Positions 56,501-64,000 of a DNA stretch of 64,000 bases are shown here, piece after piece. Below the pieces are notes generated by a model, which was given only the letters and a program-made list of their open reading frames with translations, made no database searches and had not been told where the DNA came from. Source of the DNA: Tubiluchus corallicola (taxonomy: Eukaryota > Animalia > Priapulida); contig JAQGDQ010000106.1 of the NCBI GenBank assembly GCA_030141605.1, forward strand, positions 554,661-618,660. Reading direction: 5' to 3'. Position 1 is the stretch's first letter; the number at the start of each line of letters is the position of its first letter. The translations under genes and the position numbers were made by a program.

Positions 56501-59500
56501 TACTTATTATTCATTTTATGGCCAGCTAGAATGCAAGCACCGAGGTGTTTGGATCCAGCATGACCCGCTTGCTCGTTTCTCGTAAAATTAATCTTTTCCT
56601 TAAGAAGCATTTACCGTTTTCGTGAATCTGTCTTTTTGTGAAAATTTAGAATATTTAATTATCCATATATGAATTAGGGTCACCAAACTTTTGGACCATT
56701 GACACTTTCACGGATCCTTGATTTCTCATCGACCTCCACAAATGTACAAAAAATAAACAATAATAAATAACTAGATGTGCTGTTTCCATATACATCAGTA
56801 AGGGAAACTGCAAACTGACAATGAAAGATAGGCCTTATTGCTCCTACAAATAACATTGTGTGACAACGAAAGATAGGCCTTATTGCACCTATAAGAAATT
56901 CAAAACACTCATTAAAATGTTTTCATGCAAATAGATAAGCTGAATATTTTAATTTTAGTGAAGTACCTGTTATGTAGTTAAATACAAAAATGAACTCAGG
57001 AGTTCAAAGATAGAATGTGATAGCGTTCATGGCTGAATGTATAGACATGTAACAGCCGTGGGTTCAATACTCACTCTGAGTGGTGTCAATCATAAATAAA
57101 ACAGTCTCATTGGAGCGTGGCTGAGACACCTCTGATGGTTTGGTAGCTCATCATAGAGGGATATTCCAGGGTCAAATGTCTCCCTCCATGGATTCTTGTT
57201 TGCGTTATCCATTGTTGAACTATGTACTTTAGGTATGTAAATTTTGATACACCTGATCTATGAATGATATACCGTATATACTTATGTACAAGTCGAAGTT
57301 TTGAGAGGCGATTTTGAGGTGAAATTTTTGGGGTCGACTTGTACTTACGATATGTTTTTGGGAGATGTCGCTAAAGAGTCGTTTACAATACGAATATGTA
57401 AAGAAATAATCCTTCATTATACGCTGGACTGAATGAACACTCATACTTCACATCAGAGAATGTTCACATCTTGACATTACTTCACAAAATTAACAAATAT
57501 TACTGTAATTTATTTTAATGTATGTGAAAGTTAAAAATTAAGTTAAAATTTATATATTACCGGTAAATAAACTAGCGACGGAGCACTCGGTCAGAACATG
57601 GAAATCGCCAATGATGTTACTGTATAAAACTGTGACGTTTCAGGTATGGGTTTTTAGTTTTAAGTGAGAAATCAGCGATTGAAATGTTACGACGGATCCT
57701 GGCCGCGATATCCTAGAGTTAAAGGCATTACAAACAATTATGCACGATGAAAGGCTAGGCTGTATTTTCATGGATTCCATTGAGGGCCCTCAACATGAAT
57801 ATATATACATCGCGAAGGTATAATATACTCGGCCCAGGCACTTGCACGTATCTTACACAGTAACACAGTAGGCTATTGATTTATTACTCAGCCATTATTG
57901 ACATCATTTACTCTGGAAGATCTTAATATTTTATGGTCGACTTGTACACAGGTAATATATAAAATGATGCAATTTTTGGTATTAAATGCACATCGACTTG
58001 TACATAAGGTCGACTTGTACGCTCGTATATACGGTAAGTTTGCTGCTGTTGTTTACTTCTCAGGGGCTTGCATTGGTGGACCGAAACGTTAAACCGGAAG
58101 TAGTGAAGTATTATCCCGCTTCGGAACTACCTACGGATTTACAGGAAAGATTCTCAGCTTTATTTAAGACGAAGCCAAAATGGACATTAGAAGAAATTAA
58201 ACCTTATATTGAGTAAGTTTTTTTAACCCTGATATTAAAAATATTTTGCAGCATTAATTCTATTTATTTGTGTCTTATTTATTTTAGATTTAAATCAGTA
58301 CACGTAACATTATTTACAAACTTTGCGATACTTTCCTAGTTGCGAGTTTTCTGTTACTAGTTTTCTTTCTGACAACAAACCCGCAAGTGTGAACAGCTTT
58401 ACAAGTTACTGTCAGCAAGTTACAAGTTCTAGCAAACTCTCCAACAGTTCTGCCAGTGGATTTGCTGTCTAGTGTGAATGCTTCAGTGAGTTACTCTTCT
58501 TGCAGAGAATAGAAAAAAAACGTGCCTCAGTTCGTGTTTACTGTTGGAGAGAAACTCTCAGAGAGTTTTGAACATGCTTTCGAGTTATTTGACAACAAAC
58601 TCGCAAGTGTGAACAGCTTTACAAGTTACTGTCATCCGGTCACATACATCTCGCATCACTGAAGGAGTTTCCTACATTCCGTTTGCACTGAATGAGTAGC
58701 AAAAATTCATAAAAATATGGGTAAAAATACAGAAAGGTACAGGTCTAGATACATCCTTGGTCTGACACAACTTCGGCTATAAGGGACGATTTTTTCCGGC
58801 CCCTAGGTGTCCCTTATATCCGAGGTTGACTATATATATATAGATGTTTGATATGGTTTCTGTCAATTTCTTTTTTTTTATTATAGTTCATTTACTTTAT
58901 CTTACAATGCATGGTTAATCGGTACTGTATGATTTCATTACATTGCTTCATTTTTCATCATTTTGTCCACCATAAACTTCAAAAATCTCTAAATTGATTA
59001 TAATTATTTGCGCAATTATAATTTTTGTTTCAGACAAGTTTAAATCAACAGCACACAGTATACACAACTAACTGATACAGACAATATAACATATACATAT
59101 ATTATCATATAAAAAAAACTGTGGTATCTAAAATTCACTTATTCATATAGAGGTGGCTGCTCGATGACCCCGGTCTTTCACCAAACCGTCTCCATTTTGT
59201 TGATACAATTTGCTTACTATAGTACTTCTGTAATCCTTCTAAGAGAGAGAAATAAATTTTGAATTGAATTCAATTGAAAAAACCTGCGTCAAGTTTTGTC
59301 AAGCTCCAGCTCCCTTTGCTGTCACTATTGAGTGATTTTGTACATTTCCAGAGACCTCACCACCGAGAAGAAAGGTACGGATCTCACTAACGAGATGACC
59401 CCTGGTCTTTCACCAAACTGCCTCCATTTTGTTGATATATATAATTCGCTAACTATAGTACTTTTGTAATCCTTCTAAGAGAGACAAATAAATTTTGAAT

Positions 59501-59701
59501 TGAATTAAATTGAAAAAAAAACTGTCAAGTTTTTTTTGTCAAGTTCCAGTCTCCCTTTGCTGTCACTATTGAGTGATTTCGTACTTTTCCAGAGACCTCA
59601 CTGCCGAGAAGACAGATGTTAATGCACTTTTAACCAAGCACGCGAGATCTTCCATTCAGAATGGCATGCGGGTTTACAGTTCTAAAAGTTACAAATTATA
59701 G
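47564..59701 (+). CDS. DSCC1: Sister chromatid cohesion protein DCC1 (7 exons; N-terminal ~115 aa not found)
   Basis: Exons 47564-47692 (YYEMRPCKPK), 49162-49255 (DLLDKVQASE), 51355-51555 (WRMLDFDY, LEP), 52942-53018 (LDEDKIC), 56218-56295 (WQQTVPE), 58064-58212 (GLALVD, ERFSALF, KWT) and 59593-59701 (ALLTKHARSS, stop). Phase-consistent. Confidence 0.93.
48020..48540 (-). mobile_element. Possible degraded LINE 3' end
   Basis: Minus-strand AATAAA followed by (TCTTGAA)2 tail at ~48020-48043; only weak CR1-like peptide similarity. Confidence 0.35.
49541..49612 (-). mobile_element. tRNA-derived SINE head (degenerate)
   Basis: Minus strand: A-box-like TGGCCTAATGG and B-box-like GTTCAAATCC at tRNA spacing, no convincing cloverleaf; a similar remnant lies at ~50608-50668. 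Confidence 0.5.
49895..50556 (+). mobile_element. MITE family A, copy 1
   Basis: ~30-bp TIRs GTGTGCTTGCA(TAG/AAC)CAAAATC(A/G)TCCATAAGT; other copies at 50872-51274 and 61855-62358. Confidence 0.85.
50872..51274 (-). mobile_element. MITE family A, copy 2 (inverted, internally deleted)
   Basis: Same TIRs; interior is the reverse complement of copy 1. Confidence 0.85.
51637..52046. mobile_element. hAT-like MITE (degenerate)
   Basis: TAGGGATGAGCATT / AATGCTCCTCCTA ends with many subterminal ttcga motifs; TSD imperfect. Confidence 0.5.
52031..52389. repeat. 181-bp tandem duplication
   Basis: gaaaatgctc...gaacaatcgttca at 52031-52208 and 52212-52389, near-identical. Confidence 0.92.
53189..53819. 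mobile_element. Tigger/pogo-type MITE
   Basis: TA-CAGTGTTCCC ... GGGAACACTG-TA with subterminal ccgcga repeats. Confidence 0.75.
54570..55948. mobile_element. Two adjacent Kolobok-like (TTAA-target) non-autonomous elements
   Basis: TTAA-AGGACACAAAC...GTTTGTCC-TTAA (54570-55552), then AGGCCTATATAACCC...GGGTTGAGTTTGACT-TTAA; TIRs imperfect. Confidence 0.4.
57272..58034. mobile_element. pogo-type MITE
   Basis: TA-CCGTATATAC....GTACAAGTCGA TIRs at both ends with TA flanks and repeated gtcgacttgtac subterminal motifs. Confidence 0.85.
58638..58832 (+). mobile_element. Truncated copy of the Tigger-like MITE at 60728-61182
   Basis: ggtcacatacatctcgcatcactga...atccgaggttgact is shared with 60982-61182. 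Confidence 0.8.
59163..59611 (+). repeat. ~235-bp tandem duplication that includes the DSCC1 last-exon acceptor
   Basis: gatgacccc.ggtctttcaccaaac...tttccagagacctcac..ccgagaaga at 59163-59371 and 59394-59611. Confidence 0.88.
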
Positions 59702-60727
59702 CGGTGGCACAGCAGACTGAAGACCGGATACACAGGAGACCGGCTACACTTTTTTTACCGGATAGCGAATACCGGATATCATCGAATATTTCCTCAAACT
59801 GACTTTTGGATTCGGATTATAACCGGATAGGTTAGCTAAATTCGGATCCAATATGCTGATCAGTTCGGATAATGAAAAATTGGTAAATCTTTGCAAACTT
59901 TAGAGCGTTTTCATTTAATCTATCATCTTAAAGGACCTAGCCCGAAGATACGCTGTATTACCACATACAAACGGAAAAAGATGTATGTAAAATTTTCTTC
60001 TTGAAAACACAGACATAGGCTAAAATGATCTCGTAAGTTTTTTGGTAATATTTTATTTAGTTATTTTTCAGCTGTTAAATTATTCGAAAACCTATTAAGC
60101 GTATAGTAATGTTTTAAATTTTTTCAATAGACATTTTTTCAAGCTTTGTTTTTTAGTTTCACGTTACTAAATTATTGTGTAATCATTGATTATTGTATAG
60201 TCTATTTTTTGTATCATGAACGTATGTTCTGATAATTATGGTATAAGCGGCAACACTACTCGGCTGTTAATACACCGATCTGGCGGAAAATTCGACACTT
60301 TTAGCTTCCAATACAATAAGCATCATACAAAACGGCAACCCTAGCCAAGAGTTAGCCGTGGAAAAATGCGTTCCATGAGAGAAGAATGTTATAATAATTA
60401 TTGCGTTTTACCTTTTAAATGAAAAAAATATGCCTTTATATGACTGCATCAAGTAAGTGTATCAAGTAGTTGGCATCGTTGTATCTCGGAAGGCAATGGA
60501 GTGTGCGCCAAGAGAGTCAGTTATTGATCACATTGATGGAGCTGCAGCGTCGACTGTGGCTGAGCAATGCGATCCTTGAACGTCTCCAGGGCGCACGCCT
60601 GGGCAAGGTGTATGGAGATCCTGAGTTGCCCAGACAACAGCAACACTACTGCAGACTCTACTCAGTTGCCATCTGTCTATGCTTAGTATGACTATTGACA
60701 AATATGTGTAGCGCAAAGGTACATATA

Positions 60728-61182
60728 CAGTCAACCTCGGTATAAGATACTCGCTTATAAGGGACCACCAACACTGGTCCCGATTTTTCGTAACATTTTT
60801 CCTATGTAAAAATCTTCGTATATAAGGTACTTGGATATAAGGGACGAAGTCTTCAGGTGCTGCGTAATAGAAACCCAGGCAAATTACCTCACATATAAGG
60901 AACCCTCTGATCAAAGCGAAATTGATCGATTTTTAATCTCAATTTTTCGCAAACTCGGCCTTCCAACAACTCGGTTTCCATGGTCACATACATCTCGCAT
61001 CACTGACGGAGCTTCGTACATACCGTTTGCACTGAATGTGTAGCAATAATCCATAAAAATATGGGTAAAAGTACAGATCTAGATGCACCCTCGGTCTGAT
61101 TCAACTTCGGCTATAGGGGACATCAGATACAAGGGATGGCTTTTTCCGGTCCGGAGGTGTCCCTTGTATCCGAGGTTGACTG
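60728..61182 (+). mobile_element. Tigger/pogo-type MITE
   Basis: TIR CAGTCAACCTCGG(A)TA(T/C)AAG; TA on the left, CA on the right. Confidence 0.82.
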
Positions 61183-61854
61183 CACTTTGTTTTGGTTTTC
61201 GACACAAAGTTTTCTAACAGAACTGTAAAGTGAATACAATATATGTGTAAGTACAAAACTAGAGGCAAGAAATATCTTGAAGAGTGAAGCAGTGAAACCA
61301 GATTTTTGTAATAATATCAACAATTCATTAAAACCAAGTTTTCTTGTGAAAAAGGGGCGCTCATTTTGCATTTGCAAAAAAATTCCTATCATTAAAAAAT
61401 CATCGTTACATTACTAGGTATGCTGCATTGTTGTTTGCTGTTGAAATTTCTGATAGTAAATATAGTTTAGAGTTTATTTTAGTTTACTTAACTAACGGGT
61501 ATCAACTGGCTTTTAAATTCTGCAAATAAATTGTTTACCTCATTTTTCTAAAAACTTGCATTCTAAAAAATATTTTCGGAACTTTTTATTAAATATTTCA
61601 CAAATTGTCTTAATTTATGATACGGAACATTTGGTGTGTGCAGAAATTTATTTTAAATTCCAAAATGGCTACCATCTGTAGAATCAATCTTGAGGCTCCA
61701 CTTTTATGTGGATCATATATTATGTAACAAGCAGGTTCGTCCTATTTACCTAATTATATTAAATATTTAGAAAATCACATAGAAAGTCTTAGCAATAAAG
61801 GTCATAAACAGTTAATAAAAAATTCAGTAACAAGGAAATAAAAGAAATAGAATA

Positions 61855-62358
61855 ATTGTGTGCTTGCATAGCAAAATCGTCCATAAGTTTAGTTATTCAC
61901 ATATCCTGAATCTCCATTTCATGAAGATCATTTTGATACCAAGTTCATCGCTCTATGTTATTCCTAAGCTGAATTAATCCACATTGAAGTTGAGGTGCAG
62001 GCTGCACAGGGAAAAACATAATCTTGAGGAAATCACTGTTAAAGTCAGCCATTGTTTTTTGTCATGTCTCTACAAAACACTTAGCAACCGTACAAAAGTG
62101 TAGTTGCTATGGATTTTACAAGAACACATTGAAGTTACGTTTAAATCCGTTAATTACGTTAGATTTTTAGTGTTTTTTGAACACTTTCTTGATAATTTGA
62201 TGCTAGAATGTAAAAGTCCAGTATATGTAGCATTTGTTTTCATAAAAAATAAAAAATCGACATTTGACCAAACTTTTGGTGCATTCTGCTTTGAAGCATC
62301 ATAACTTAGTTTTAACTATGCCGACTTATGGACGTCTTGGTTTGCAAGCACGCATATA
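61855..62358 (+). mobile_element. MITE family A, copy 3
   Basis: Same TIRs and interior as 49895-50556, with an internal deletion. Confidence 0.85.
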
Positions 62359-62726
62359 ATCGCATTGCTATGTAATTTTAGAATTGTACAATAGTTATTA
62401 TACACATTTTACAATTAAGACAATCATTAAACACAGAATATGAATGTACAACTCGGAGTAAAATGAAAAACTTAAAACGTTTCTGATAACACAATGGTAG
62501 GAACGCCAAGTCTGTATCAGGAAAGTGGATATCTTTCTGTTTAACTTTTTCAAATTTTGATTGCAAAACTTTCGCGAGTTATCTTAAATCTGTTTATCCA
62601 CCATAAAGACATGTCACATGGCATGCCCTCTCAATATATCTATTTATTTACAAACATATGAAATTAACTAACTAATCACAATAATAAGAAAAATTTGCGG
62701 CATGCAAAATATGGTTTTTAAATAAA

Positions 62727-62938
62727 TTAAATTAATCTTAAATATCTGAGGCTGATCCATAAGAACAACAACATAACTGTTCTACAAGGACTATACATCT
62801 GTGGTGTCTTGTTACATAGGTCAGTACTACAGTAGCAAATTTCAAGCTTTGAATTGGACGTCTCTCTACTAAGGCACATTGGCATTTTCCTCGTGTGTTT
62901 ATTTGATATGAGGCAGTGACGTTTGACTCCTTCAACTC
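62727..62938 (-). CDS. Terminal exon of a Ly6/uPAR (three-finger, quiver/sleepless-like) GPI-type protein
   Basis: atttgcag|GA GTT...: VEGVKRHCLISNKHTRKMPMCLSRETSNSKLEICYCSTDLCNKTPQMYSPCRTVMLLFLWISLRYLRLI*. CxCxxDLCN motif and hydrophobic tail; AATAAA at 62648-62643. Not in the ORF track in this frame. Confidence 0.72.
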
Positions 62939-63208
62939 CTGCAAATAAGTTACAATATGAACAAAAAAAAAACTACAAACTTGGCAAGGCAACACAGCAT
63001 ACACATCATATATAGTTTTGCTTGTCATTGAATTGTTCAAGCCATTTTACAGTTCCAGCGGTTTGGTCGTGAAAAGGTCAAAGGTTAAGTGTACCAGACG
63101 ACGCATTTGTGTACACTTGACAACGCTTCGCAGTCCATGCTGTTGTAATAGTGACAGTTTTAACAGCTAACTAGAACCTTACCTAGTTCATTTTTTCTTG
63201 TTCCTAAG

Positions 63209-63738
63209 CAAGATCCTGCTAGTAAATCACTCTACACACAGACTAATGCATAATTAAGTAAAGTCCATGTGAAACAACTGAAGTTACTGAACTGACGCTT
63301 TGCTTTACCCAAACAAGATCTTGCTAGTAAATCACTTTACACGCAGACTAATGCATAATTAAGTAAAGTCCATGTAAAACAACTGAAGTTACTGAATTGA
63401 CGCTTTGCTTTACCCAAACAAGATCTTGCTAGTAAATCACTTTACATGCAGACCAATGCATAATTAAGTAAAGTCCATGTAAAACAACTGAAGTTACTGA
63501 ATTGACACTTTGCTTTACCCAAACAAGATCCTGCTAGTAAATCACTCTATGCAGACTAATGCATAATTAAGTAAAGTCCACGTAAAACAACTGAACTGAT
63601 GCATTGCTTTACCAACATATCACGTGACGGTTGTAATCAAGACCCATTGCTGTGGTATACTTAATCTTTGACCTTGCATAATTAAGTAAAGTCCATGTAA
63701 AACGACTGAAGTTACTGAACTGATGCATTGCTTTACCC
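63209..63738. repeat. 105-bp minisatellite (~4 copies plus a partial copy)
   Basis: caagatc.tgctagtaaatcact...tgctttacccaaa starts at 63209, 63314, 63419 and 63524; partial copy at 63676-63738. Confidence 0.93.
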
Positions 63739-64000
63739 ACATGATGGTTGTAGTCAATTCTGTAATTATAAATGTACTATTCAACCATTACCAGCATCAC
63801 CCACGGCCCTTCCGGATCTCTAGAAATAAGAGATATAAGTTTTGCAAAAATGACCATTTTTGGAGGTTTTTCACCCCCCGTTTCTCCCGGTGGGCCGTGA
63901 TTCGAAAAATCTATGGGTCCGGACCTTTTGCTTGATGTATAGATCGTCGAGAATGGTGCCGTAGTTGGAGCTATAGCCTCGTCGGTTATATATCCACCAA

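Noticed and set aside
60470-60691. GC-richer 73-aa ORF after DSCC1
   Set aside because: No recognisable domain or splice context; it lies among repeat fragments.
63209-63738. Regular repeats resembling a CRISPR array
   Set aside because: The units are contiguous with no unique spacers; the context is eukaryotic with no cas genes.

Overview
This is AT-rich, intron-containing animal genomic DNA from an invertebrate bilaterian (species cannot be determined from the sequence). No prokaryotic features, rRNA, true tRNA or CRISPR array were seen. Genes from left to right: (1) FoxN2/3 (-), four coding exons traced from 12081 to 1257; no further exon was found in 1-1256. (2) An intact two-exon THAP zinc-finger cassette on the same strand inside the FoxN2/3 intron that splits the forkhead domain, with a pogo-derived element in its own intron. 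(3) An intronless Groucho/TLE (-) with a CRE/E-box promoter. (4) A KIFC3-like kinesin-14 (-) hosting an antisense 2-TM gene in one intron and, in its probable first intron, a ~4.9-kb Sola3-like long-TIR element that contains a microsatellite-embedded LINE. (5) DSCC1 (+), seven intact exons but no visible N-terminal exons. (6) The last exon of a Ly6/three-finger GPI-type gene (-). Many MITEs and tandem duplications occur from 41 kb onward. The best candidate for something new is the THAP cassette: it ends in phase 0 and the next FoxN2/3 exon starts in phase 0, so an internal promoter could yield an in-frame THAP-FoxN2/3 chimera that swaps the DNA-binding domain. All exon boundaries were read by hand and need RNA-seq confirmation.
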